This document shows, piece by piece, positions 7,587 through 16,077 of a DNA stretch of 31,237 bases. Source of the DNA: Gemmatimonadota bacterium (GTDB lineage: Bacteria; Gemmatimonadota; Gemmatimonadetes; Palauibacterales; Palauibacteraceae); assembly GCA_039588275.1 (NCBI GenBank), contig JBDHAC010000056.1, forward strand, positions 1 through 31,237, read 5' to 3'. The number at the start of each line of letters is the position of its first letter. The stretch's first letter is position 1. The notes beneath the pieces were generated by a model that had not been told where the DNA came from, did no database searches, and worked only from the letters and a program-made list of their open reading frames with translations. A program made the translations under genes and the position numbers.

Positions 7587-9842
7587 ATGAAACGAATAGA
7601 TACCAGCTCTCGGTGCTCGACGCGTGCGCTGCTGCGACTCGGTTTTGGGGGCCTGGCCTGGGCGCTCAGCGTCCCCCTCCTGGCGAACCCGGTCGACCTG
7701 GCCGGGCAGGAACGCAGGGGGCAGCCCGCCGACACGGTCGCGGCCGACAGCGCGAAGGTGCCTCCCGTCCCGCTGCGACCCATCAACGTCACCGTCACAC
7801 GCTCGGCCAAGGAGGTATTCGAGACGGCGGCGCCGGTCGCGGTGCTCGACTCGCTGACCATTCGGGAGCGCACTCCCAACACGGCCGCCGACCTCCTCCG
7901 CGACTTGCCTGGTCTGGACGTCAACGGCGCGGGCGCCAATCAGGCGCGGCCCATCATCCGAGGTCAGCGCGGTCAGCGAATCCTCCTGCTCGAGGACGGG
8001 CTCCGGCTCAACAATTCTCGGCGTCAGCAGGACTTCGGCGAGTTGCCCGCGATCGTCGACGTCAACGACCTGAACCGCATCGAAGTCGTGCGCGGGCCCG
8101 CTTCGGTGCTGTACGGAAGCGATGCGATCGGCGGGGTGGTGAACCTGATCACCGAAGAGGTGCCACCTCGCGCAGCCGGCAATCAGATCAACGGCTGGGT
8201 GCGCTACGCGTTTCGAGGCGCGGGTGATCAGCACCGTCCGGGAGCCAGCATCGCGGGCAGGGTCGGCGGACTCGGGTTCCGGTTGAGCGGTGCGTACCGA
8301 GATGCGGAATCGTACGTGGCGCCCGCAGGCTCCTTCGGCGGCATCACGCTTCAGGACGACGCGGTCGTCGAGGGGACCGGCGTTCAGGACGACAATCTCA
8401 ACCTGCTCCTCGAGTACTCGTTCCCGAGCTCGCACCGCGTGTTCGGGCGCATGGAGCGTTATCGGGCCACGGACGCCGGGTTCGGGTTCGTCGAGAACGA
8501 GGATCTGGGAATCGAGGACGGGGCGGACATCAACATTTCGTACCCCGATCAGGCGGTCGACCGCTTCGTGCTCGGGTATCGCGGGCGCAGCCTGGGGACC
8601 TTCGCCGCCGACCGGCTCGACGTCACCGGCTACTACCAGGACAACGAGCGTGACTTCACGCTGGATGTGTTCGTGCCGTTCGGGCCCGGGACCCCACCCG
8701 GCGCCGGCGTGTCGGTCGTGAACGAGAACTTCACCGATATCGAGTCGAAGGGGTTCAGGATCGAAGCGGCGAAGCTGGCTGGCGAACGCGCCCTGTTCAC
8801 CTACGGGCTCGACTTTTCGCATGACGATTCCCGGAACACCGATCTGAACGTCTCGACCGTGTTCGGCTTCGGCCCGCCGATGCCGGAGGAAAGCTCCACG
8901 CCGACCGTGCCGAACGCCACGTACCGGCAGCTCGGGGTGTTCGCGCAGAGCGAGCTGACCCTGCACGATCGCGTCTCGTTGATTCTCGGGGCGCGCTGGC
9001 AGGACGTGCGGGCGGAGACGGAAGTCACGACCGGTCTGGAAGATCTCTCCGCGGCCAAGAACACCGACCGGACCGTGGTGGGTGCGGCGAACCTGCTGTT
9101 CGAGGTTACGCCCGAACTGAACCTCGTCGCTGCAGTCGGGCGGGGCTTCCGGGCGCCGAACCTCGTCGAGCTGTTCTTCAACGGACCTACGCCCGAGGGC
9201 TCGGGCTTCCAGGTGCGGAATCCGGAGCTGGAGGCCGAGACGAGCTTCAACATGGAGCTCGGCCTCAAGTACCGGCGCGCAAAGGTGGCTTTCGAAGGAT
9301 ACCTGTTCCGAAACCAGATTCGGAACGGCATTCGGATCTCGGAGACTGGCGAGGTGGTCGGCGGGTTCCCTGCCTTCCAGAACGTGAACGTCGACAAGCT
9401 GCGGTATCAGGGCTTCGAGGTGACGGGCGAATACGAGCCCTTCAGCGGCTTGACCTTCGGTGCCAGCTACAGCGCGCTCGACTCGAAGGACGTTCTGAAT
9501 CCGAACAACCCCATCGGGGACAGCTACTCGTCGAAAGTCGTGACTCACGTCACCTACCGGGAGCCCGACGGTCGCTTCTGGGCGACCTATCGTTTCCGGC
9601 ATTCGGGTGAGCAGAAGGACGCGGGGCTGCTGGACAACCCGATCGGTGACGTGCTGCCCGCGTTCTCGGTACACGACCTGCGCGGCGGCGTCCGGCTGCT
9701 CCAGCTCGGGCGCACGCAGCACAGCCTCGGGATCAGCGTCGAGAACCTGACGAACGAGCTGTACGCAGAGTTCTCCAACGCGTCGTTCTTCCGGCCCGAG
9801 CCGAAGCGCACGATCCTCCTGAGTTGGATCACGTCCTTCTAG
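7587..9842 (+). CDS. TonB-dependent outer-membrane receptor (heme/hemoglobin-receptor-like), 751 aa
   Basis: ATG 7587 with an AGGAG RBS and a signal peptide. TonB-box-like INVTVTRS; plug motifs PIIRG, LLLEDG and RIEVVRGPASVLYGSDAIGGVVN; FRAP and NPEL motifs; ENLTNELY; terminal Phe. Confidence 0.95.
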   Translation: MKRIDTSSRCSTRALLRLGFGGLAWALSVPLLANPVDLAGQERRGQPADTVAADSAKVPPVPLRPINVTVTRSAKEVFETAAPVAVLDSLTIRERTPNTAADLLRDLPGLDVNGAGANQARPIIRGQRGQRILLLEDGLRLNNSRRQQDFGELPAIVDVNDLNRIEVVRGPASVLYGSDAIGGVVNLITEEVPPRAAGNQINGWVRYAFRGAGDQHRPGASIAGRVGGLGFRLSGAYRDAESYVAPAGSFGGITLQDDAVVEGTGVQDDNLNLLLEYSFPSSHRVFGRMERYRATDAGFGFVENEDLGIEDGADINISYPDQAVDRFVLGYRGRSLGTFAADRLDVTGYYQDNERDFTLDVFVPFGPGTPPGAGVSVVNENFTDIESKGFRIEAAKLAGERALFTYGLDFSHDDSRNTDLNVSTVFGFGPPMPEESSTPTVPNATYRQLGVFAQSELTLHDRVSLILGARWQDVRAETEVTTGLEDLSAAKNTDRTVVGAANLLFEVTPELNLVAAVGRGFRAPNLVELFFNGPTPEGSGFQVRNPELEAETSFNMELGLKYRRAKVAFEGYLFRNQIRNGIRISETGEVVGGFPAFQNVNVDKLRYQGFEVTGEYEPFSGLTFGASYSALDSKDVLNPNNPIGDSYSSKVVTHVTYREPDGRFWATYRFRHSGEQKDAGLLDNPIGDVLPAFSVHDLRGGVRLLQLGRTQHSLGISVENLTNELYAEFSNASFFRPEPKRTILLSWITSF

Positions 9843-9866
9843 CGGGCTGCTTCAGCAGCCTGCCGG
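9839..9866. repeat. Palindrome CTAGCGGGCTGC-TTCA-GCAGCCTGCCGG (copy 1 of a dispersed palindrome)
   Basis: Hairpin overlapping the receptor stop codon. It shares the GGCTGCT and CAGCAGCCTGC cores with 13089-13116. Confidence 0.55.
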
Positions 9867-9880
9867 GCGTGTGCCTGACT

Positions 9881-9919
9881 GGCGGGCGAGCGGAACAAAC
9901 GTTCGCCCGCCGCCCTTTT
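9881..9919 (+). terminator. Probable intrinsic terminator/attenuator after the TonB-dependent receptor
   Basis: GGCGGGCGAGCG-GAACAAA-CGTTCGCCCGCC forms a 12-bp stem with one G-U pair, followed by GCCCTTTT. Confidence 0.55.
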
Positions 9920-9985
9920 CCAAAGCGATCGGAGAGCTCACCATTTGACCCGCGACCATCGCGGTCACCCGGGGGAGGCTGACGA

Positions 9986-10735
9986 ATGCGGAGCTTCGTG
10001 CACTTCATCCCGCTGGCGACAAGCCTGTTCGCGGTGTGGTTCGGCGTCGTGCTCTTGCGCCGCTACTCGAACCGGGGGGGGCTACATCTCCTGTGGTGGG
10101 GGATCGGAGCGCTCATGTACGCCACGGGGACGGTGACGGAGTCGCTCACCACGCTGTTCGGGTGGAACGAAGTGGTGTTCCGAGCCTGGTACATTTCCGG
10201 TGCGCTGCTCGGGGGAGCGCCGCTCGCGCAGGGTACCGTCTACCTCCTCCTGCGCCGTGCGACCGCTGATCGGCTCACGATCCTCTTGCTGAGCGCCGTG
10301 ACGGTGGCCGCGGCGTTCGTGGTGCTCACACCGATCGACTACGGCGCCGTGGAAACGTACCGGCTCTCGGGTCGTGTGATGGAGTGGAGCTGGGTGCGGG
10401 CTTTCAGTCCGTTCATCAACCTGTACGCCGCGGCCTTTCTGATCGGTGGGGCGGTCCTGTCCGCCGTCCGATTCCGGCGCATGCCGGACATGCGGCACCG
10501 CTTCCACGGGAACGTGCTGATCGCGATCGGGGCGCTGCTGCCCGGCATCGGCGGATCGTTCACGCGCTTCGGCTACGTCGAGGTGCTCTACGTGACGGAG
10601 CTCCTCGGGATCCTGCTCATCTACTGGGGTTACCGACTGAATATCGCGGTACGCGAGGTGGTGCGGGAAATGGCGCCGGCGGGCGTGTCCGGCCTGGGCG
10701 TCCAGACCGCCGCTTCGGGGGAGACTACTCCATAA
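9986..10735 (+). CDS. Conserved hypothetical integral membrane protein (~7 TM)
   Basis: GGAGG RBS. About seven hydrophobic segments (HFIPLATSLF..., HLLWWGIG, FRAWYISGALLGGAPLAQGTVYLL, FSPFINLY, GNVLIAIGALLPGIGG). No soluble domain. Confidence 0.8.
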   Translation: MRSFVHFIPLATSLFAVWFGVVLLRRYSNRGGLHLLWWGIGALMYATGTVTESLTTLFGWNEVVFRAWYISGALLGGAPLAQGTVYLLLRRATADRLTILLLSAVTVAAAFVVLTPIDYGAVETYRLSGRVMEWSWVRAFSPFINLYAAAFLIGGAVLSAVRFRRMPDMRHRFHGNVLIAIGALLPGIGGSFTRFGYVEVLYVTELLGILLIYWGYRLNIAVREVVREMAPAGVSGLGVQTAASGETTP

Positions 10736-12638
10736 GGCCCTTGTCGATCAGGTCTCGGGCGAGCTGCATGAAGTCACGCTCGCTCACGATCCCGACCAGA
10801 CGGCCGGCCTCCACGACCGGGAGTGCGGAGATGCGGTGCTTCCGCATGGTCTCGATGGCCTCCAGCGTGGATGTGTCAGGCGGTATTGTGATCAGCTCGC
10901 GGATCATGATACGCCCGACCGGCACCGGCTCCTCCGCGTTTCGGGCTTCGTCGCTGGCCAGAAAGCGAAGCAGGGTCCTACGCGTGACGAGCCCGATCAG
11001 CTGGTGCCCCGGGTCTTCCACGGGGATGTGGCGCACCTCGTTCCAGTCCATCAGATTGGCGACCAGGTCGATCGTCTGGTCCTCGTGCACGGTGACGATG
11101 TCGGTCGTCATGAAATGTCTCACCACCATATGACTGCCTTTCCACCCACCGCTCTCCGTCAATTCGGCGAGCTCCCATTCGTGCACGGGCCGATTCTCTT
11201 GCTGCCGCGCGACGATCGCCGCGGTGAGGGCCCGTAGCCGCTCATCGGGGGTTCCACGGCCCTTCATGCCCGCCACCGACCTCAGCATCCAATCCGCCCC
11301 CGTATGGCGCGATTCGACGCGTCTCTCGATGACGTTCAGGTAGCGGTCGATGTCCGGCTCGTCGATCCCGCACGTCGCCAGCCCGAAGGCGGCGATCTCG
11401 AGCAGCTGGTCGAGGATGAGTCGGCGCGCGCCGATCTCCTCGCCCCCCAGCCACGTTAACGGAGCTCCGAGCCCCAAACGTGCGGCCGAGAGGAAGTTCC
11501 CCTTGGCATCCCCGAAGCTCATGACTTCACGGATGTCCTCGAAGCGCTCGAGGAAGCCGGCCATCAGCCCGTACCAGAACGCGGCGTTGGCGATCTCGTC
11601 GAGGGGAGTCGGCCCGGAAGGGAGGACCCGGTTCTCGATGCGAAGGTGCGCGACCCCGTCGCTCACGCCGTAGCAGGGACGATTCCACCGGTAAACGGTG
11701 CTGTTGAACAGCTGAAGCGCCTGTAGCTCCGGGGCGGTGCCCGCGGCCACCAACTCGAGCGGGTCCTCTTCGATGTGCTTGCCGAGCAGGACCTGGAAGC
11801 GCCCGATGTCCTGCCGATAGATGTCGAGCACCGATTCTCTCACCCAATCGGTGCCGAAGCTCACGCGCGCGTGGGTCTCGCGCAGGTCCGGCGTCGGGCT
11901 CCTCGTGTCGACGGACTGTTCGAACAGCGCGATCCGCGTCTCGCGCCACAATCGACGCCCGAACAGGAGGGGAGAGTTGACGGCCGCGGCGAGCACGGGC
12001 GCCGCCAGCACCTGCGCGATGTTGTAGAAGCGGGGGAACTCGGCCGGGCTGACCTGGAAATGGACCTGAAAGCTCGTGTTGCACGACTCGAGCATGACCG
12101 AATCATGCTTCACGAGCAGCTCGTCGATTCCCTTGATGTAGAAGCTGTATGCCCCGCCGCTCAACCGGTTCAGGGCCTCGTTGAGCGCGTAGTAGCGCTC
12201 CTCGGGCGTCATCTTCTCCAGCGACAGGTCGGACAAACGCAACGTCGGCAGGATGCCCACGAGCGCCACCTCGACACCCTCTTCGCGGGCGGCCGCACGC
12301 GAGATCTTGAGCAGGTCGGTAACGGTCGTCTCGAGCTGGCGCAGGCAATCGTCCTCGAAGCGAAACGGCTCGGTGTTCGCCTCGAGGTTAAACGATCCGA
12401 GCTCCGTCGTGACGCGGGGATCCTCGATACGCGCGAGAACGCTCGGCGAAACGGGGGCGGGACGCCAGTGGTCGTCGACCAGGAACATCTCCTGCTCGAC
12501 ACCGATCCTGCGGATCCCGGACTCGATGAGCCCGCGATCGTGCATGAGCGCGAGCGCCTTTACATCATCGAGCAGGCTCCGGGTGAACTCGCGGATCTCC
12601 TCCGCGGTGCTCTTTCGCCGGACTGTCTTCTCGCCCAT
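10725..12638 (-). CDS. Glutamate-cysteine ligase family 2 (GCS2) protein fused to a C-terminal CBS pair
   Basis: GCS2 motifs IGVEQEMFLVD, TTELGSFNLE, ESCNTSFQVHFQV, NSPLLFG, WRETRI and HLRIENRVLPSGP. Two CBS repeats follow (MTTDIVTV...HIPV...LIGLVT and LITIPPD...LPVV...LVGIVSERD). Confidence 0.88.
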   Translation of the reverse strand: MGEKTVRRKSTAEEIREFTRSLLDDVKALALMHDRGLIESGIRRIGVEQEMFLVDDHWRPAPVSPSVLARIEDPRVTTELGSFNLEANTEPFRFEDDCLRQLETTVTDLLKISRAAAREEGVEVALVGILPTLRLSDLSLEKMTPEERYYALNEALNRLSGGAYSFYIKGIDELLVKHDSVMLESCNTSFQVHFQVSPAEFPRFYNIAQVLAAPVLAAAVNSPLLFGRRLWRETRIALFEQSVDTRSPTPDLRETHARVSFGTDWVRESVLDIYRQDIGRFQVLLGKHIEEDPLELVAAGTAPELQALQLFNSTVYRWNRPCYGVSDGVAHLRIENRVLPSGPTPLDEIANAAFWYGLMAGFLERFEDIREVMSFGDAKGNFLSAARLGLGAPLTWLGGEEIGARRLILDQLLEIAAFGLATCGIDEPDIDRYLNVIERRVESRHTGADWMLRSVAGMKGRGTPDERLRALTAAIVARQQENRPVHEWELAELTESGGWKGSHMVVRHFMTTDIVTVHEDQTIDLVANLMDWNEVRHIPVEDPGHQLIGLVTRRTLLRFLASDEARNAEEPVPVGRIMIRELITIPPDTSTLEAIETMRKHRISALPVVEAGRLVGIVSERDFMQLARDLIDKGLME

Positions 12639-12799
12639 GCCTCAAACGTTGCTGATTCGATCGTTGGGCGACAAGGGGCGCCGCCCCCAGCCCGGCGGTC
12701 GCCGCAGCGCGGCCGGGACCCTAGCTGGATTCCGGCCCCGAGTCGCCCGCGCTGGAGGGATCGTCGTCCACGTGGTCCGCTTCGGACGTTTCCCGCCTC

Positions 12800-13012
12800 C
12801 GGCGCCGCCCGCCCGCGTTTCTCGGCGATGAACGCCTCGACCTCCGCGGGCACCAAGACGTTGTCCGCGATGTGGGCGATCTCCTCGGCCTGGCGCCAGG
12901 TTGCCTCCAGGCCCCGGAGCTAACCCAGCAGCGCCTCGCGTTCGCTCTGCTTTTGTGTTGCCATCTCGACCGCGAGCCGCATCTCGATCGGAAGTCCGAG
13001 CAAAGACGCATT
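12800..13012 (-). pseudogene. 3' remnant of a conserved hypothetical gene with an in-frame TAG
   Basis: Reading through the TAG at 12920-12922 joins two listed ORFs into LPIEMRLAVEMATQKQSEREALLG*LRGLEATWRQAEEIAHIADNVLVPAEVEAF. From memory this resembles the RLALEMA..EE.ERRALEGEL..LE.AWREAEEIA.IAD.LL.P C-terminus of a Gemmatimonadota protein family. The 5' part is missing. Confidence 0.65.
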
Positions 13013-13088
13013 GGGTCTTCCGGTCCGCTGCCCGTGGTCGTACCGTAAGAGCCTCCCGTTCCAAGCTGGGGGAACGCACCGCACATGA

Positions 13089-13116
13089 AGCAGGCTGCTG
13101 CACAGCAGCCTGCTAG
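13089..13116. repeat. Perfect palindrome AGCAGGCTGCTG-CA-CAGCAGCCTGCT(AG) (copy 2)
   Basis: 12-bp perfect inverted repeat with a 2-nt spacer, ending in CTAG, in the intergenic region upstream of coxS. Confidence 0.65.
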
Positions 13117-13199
13117 GACGCCCCCGCCGTGCCCCACGGTGGGTCGAGGCCCAGCGCGCGGCAGATCGCGCGCTTCCTCCGCCCGCCCCAGGAAACGAG

Positions 13200-13700
13200 A
13201 TGCCCATGCGACAGATCTCGGTGACCGTGAACGGCATCCATCACGAGGCCAGCGTCGAGCCCCGAACGCTGCTGGTCTACCTGCTTCGTGAGCACCTCGG
13301 TCTGACTGGCACGAACGTCGGGTGTGACACCTCATCCTGCGGGACCTGCACGGTGCTGATGGATGGGGAATCCGTGAAGTCGTGCACGGTCCTCGCCGTT
13401 CAGGCCGACGGTCGCGAGCTGACGACGATAGAGGGGCTGGCGGCGGACGGAGAGTGGCACGCCATGCAGCGCGCGTTCCACGAGCAGCACGGCCTCCAGT
13501 GTGGCTATTGCACGCCCGGGATGATCTTGGCGGCGGTGAGCTACCTGGAGGAGAATCCGGGCGCGAGCGAAGCCGAGATCAGACACGCTCTCGAGGGCAA
13601 CCTCTGCCGGTGCACCGGCTACCACAACATCGTCAAGGCCGTGGCGGCCGCAGCCGACGCCATGAAGTCCGGCGCGACGCGGTCGGCGGCGACGCCTTAG
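13200..13700 (+). CDS. coxS: Molybdenum hydroxylase small [2Fe-2S] subunit (CoxS/CutS-like)
   Basis: [18 protein letters not shown] and GNLCRCTGY. Start is ATG 13200 or 13206. Confidence 0.92.
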   Translation: MPMRQISVTVNGIHHEASVEPRTLLVYLLREHLGLTGTNVGCDTSSCGTCTVLMDGESVKSCTVLAVQADGRELTTIEGLAADGEWHAMQRAFHEQHGLQCGYCTPGMILAAVSYLEENPGASEAEIRHALEGNLCRCTGYHNIVKAVAAAADAMKSGATRSAATP

Positions 13701-13710
13701 GAGGACCGAG

Positions 13711-16077
13711 ATGGCCACAGCCGAGCGATACGTGGGTGGCGGGGTCCTGAGGAAAGAGGACCCGAAGCTCCTCACCGGAGAGGCGACGTTCGTGGAGTCG
13801 ATCACTCCACCCGGGACGCTGTACCTCTCGGTCGTCCGTAGCCCGCACGCCAGCGCGCGCGTTCGGAACGTCGACGTGGCTGCAGCCCTCGAGGCCCCGG
13901 GCGTGGTGGCGGCGTTCAACGGACAGGACCTCGCCGAAGAATGGGCGGCCGCGCTCCCGATGGCCTGGCCGGTAACCGAAGACATCAAACACCCCGACCA
14001 TTGGCCGGTGGCGAAGGACTCGGTGTGCTTCGCGGGGGATGGCGTCGCGGTCGTGCTCGCCACGAACCGCAACGCCGCGAAGGACGCGGCCGACCTGGTG
14101 GAGGTGGAGTACGAGGTGCGGGAGTCCGTAACGGCGATCGAGGATGCGCTCGCCGACGGTGCGCCGTTGGTACACGAGGCGTTCGGGAGCAACGAGTGCT
14201 ACACCTGGGCGCTCGCCAACGGTGACGTGGAGGCGACCTTCGCCGGGGCCGATGTGGTTGTCCGGGAACGCTACGTACACCCCCGCCTGGTACCCAACGC
14301 GATGGAGCCACGCGCGGTGGTCGTTCAGCCGGTGGCGTCGGCGGGCGAATTCACCATGTGGTCGACCACGCAGGTGCCACATGTGGCGAGGGTGACCCTG
14401 GCTCTGACGCTCGGAATCCCCGAGAGCAAGCTGCGCGTCATCGCGCCCGATGTCGGAGGTGGCTTCGGATCGAAGCTCAACGTTTACGCCGAGGAAGCAC
14501 TGTGCCTCGCGCTCGCCCGCCGTCTGGGCCGGCCGGTGAAGTGGGTCGCTGAGCGATCCGAGGACTACCTCGCCACGATCCACGGGAGGGACCTGATCCA
14601 GGATATCGAGCTCGCGGCGACCGCCGGCGGGACGATCCTCGGGTACCGCGTGCGGCTCCTGGCCAACATGGGCGCCTACCTGCAGTTGGTGACGCCCGGT
14701 ATTCCCCTCCTCGGGGCCTTCGTGTACTGCGGATCGTACGGTGGCCAGGCTTACTCGCTGGAGTGCACGGGGGTGTTCACCAACACCACGCCCACGGACG
14801 CGTATCGGGGAGCTGGCCGCCCCGAGGCCACGTACGCGATAGAGCGCGCCATCGATACCCTGGGTCGCGAGGTGGGGCTGGACCCGGTGGAGGTCCGGCG
14901 CCGCAACTTCCTCCCGGCGGGGGACAACGTGCCGAGCCCAGGCGGGCTCGTGTACGACTCCACGGATTACGCCGGGACCCTGCAGCGGGCCCTGGATCTC
15001 CTCGATCACGACGAGGTGCGGGCCGAGCAGGCCGCACGCCGTGAGAGCGGGGACACTCGCCAGATTGGGATCGGCTTCTCCTCGTACATGGAGATGTGCG
15101 GATTGGCGCCCTCGCAGGTGCTCGCGAGCCTCAATTACGGGGCCGGGGGCTGGGACGCGGCCACCGTGCGCCTTCTCCCCACCGGAAAAGTCGAGGTGGT
15201 GACCGGATCGTCACCCCACGGACAGGGCCACGTGACGTCCTGGTCGCAGATCACTGCCGACGCGCTGGGAGTACCGATCGATGATGTCTCGGTGCTCCAT
15301 GGCGACACGGCGGTCGCTCCGCTCGGCATGGATACGTACGGAAGCCGGAGCCTGTCGGTCGGCGGCGTGGCGCTCCACCTGGCCTGTGGCCGCGTGATCG
15401 ACAAGGCGCAGAAGATCGCGGCTCACCTGCTCGAAGTCGCTCCGGACGATCTGGAGTTCGAAAGCGGGGCGTTCTCGGTGAAGGGCGTGCCGGACCGCAG
15501 CAAGATGATCCAGGAGACCGCCTTCGCGGCGTGGACCGCGCACAGCCTCCCCGAGGGCGAGGAGCCTGGCCTCGAAGCGACGTATGTGTACGATCCGCCC
15601 AACTTCACCTTCCCGTTCGGAACGCACATCTGCGTCGTCGAGGTCGACACGGAGACCGGGGCCGTCGACATCGCTCGTTATGTGGCCGTCGACGACTGCG
15701 GTCACGTGATCAACCCTCAGATCGTGGACGGCCAGATCCACGGCGGGATCGCGCAGGGGATCGCCGCCGCGCTGTTCGAGGAAGCGATCTACGATGACAC
15801 GGGGACGCTCCAGACCTCCTCGATGATGAACTACCTGGTGCCCTCCGCGGCCGAGCTTCCCTCCTTCGAGCTCGATCGAACCGTGACTCCGAGCACCACG
15901 AACGAGATGGGCGTGAAGGGAATCGGGGAAGCCGGGACGATCGCGGCGGCGCCGGCGGTGATCAACGCGGTCGTGGATGCTCTGTGGCACCTCGGCGTGC
16001 GCGATGTGGGGATGCCCGCGACGCCGGAGCGGGTGTGGCGCGCGATCCAGGAGGCGGAGCGAGGAGGTTCACGATGA
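13711..16077 (+). CDS. coxL: Xanthine dehydrogenase family molybdopterin-binding subunit (form II CoxL-like)
   Basis: GGAGG RBS. Motifs RKEDP.LLTG, DVGGGFGSK, active-site loop AYRGAGR, HGQGH, GQIHGGIAQG and KGIGEAG. Confidence 0.92.
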   Translation: MATAERYVGGGVLRKEDPKLLTGEATFVESITPPGTLYLSVVRSPHASARVRNVDVAAALEAPGVVAAFNGQDLAEEWAAALPMAWPVTEDIKHPDHWPVAKDSVCFAGDGVAVVLATNRNAAKDAADLVEVEYEVRESVTAIEDALADGAPLVHEAFGSNECYTWALANGDVEATFAGADVVVRERYVHPRLVPNAMEPRAVVVQPVASAGEFTMWSTTQVPHVARVTLALTLGIPESKLRVIAPDVGGGFGSKLNVYAEEALCLALARRLGRPVKWVAERSEDYLATIHGRDLIQDIELAATAGGTILGYRVRLLANMGAYLQLVTPGIPLLGAFVYCGSYGGQAYSLECTGVFTNTTPTDAYRGAGRPEATYAIERAIDTLGREVGLDPVEVRRRNFLPAGDNVPSPGGLVYDSTDYAGTLQRALDLLDHDEVRAEQAARRESGDTRQIGIGFSSYMEMCGLAPSQVLASLNYGAGGWDAATVRLLPTGKVEVVTGSSPHGQGHVTSWSQITADALGVPIDDVSVLHGDTAVAPLGMDTYGSRSLSVGGVALHLACGRVIDKAQKIAAHLLEVAPDDLEFESGAFSVKGVPDRSKMIQETAFAAWTAHSLPEGEEPGLEATYVYDPPNFTFPFGTHICVVEVDTETGAVDIARYVAVDDCGHVINPQIVDGQIHGGIAQGIAAALFEEAIYDDTGTLQTSSMMNYLVPSAAELPSFELDRTVTPSTTNEMGVKGIGEAGTIAAAPAVINAVVDALWHLGVRDVGMPATPERVWRAIQEAERGGSR

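Noticed and set aside
7581..9722. Long antisense or alternate-frame ORFs (e.g. 7581-9722, 13633-15009, 21126-22529, 23986-25737)
   Set aside because: They shadow well-supported genes in high-GC DNA where stop codons are scarce, and their products have no recognisable motifs.
12920..12922. Stop-codon readthrough or pyrrolysine at the in-frame TAG
   Set aside because: The gene also lacks its 5' part, and TAG terminates several intact genes in this window, so a nonsense mutation is simpler.
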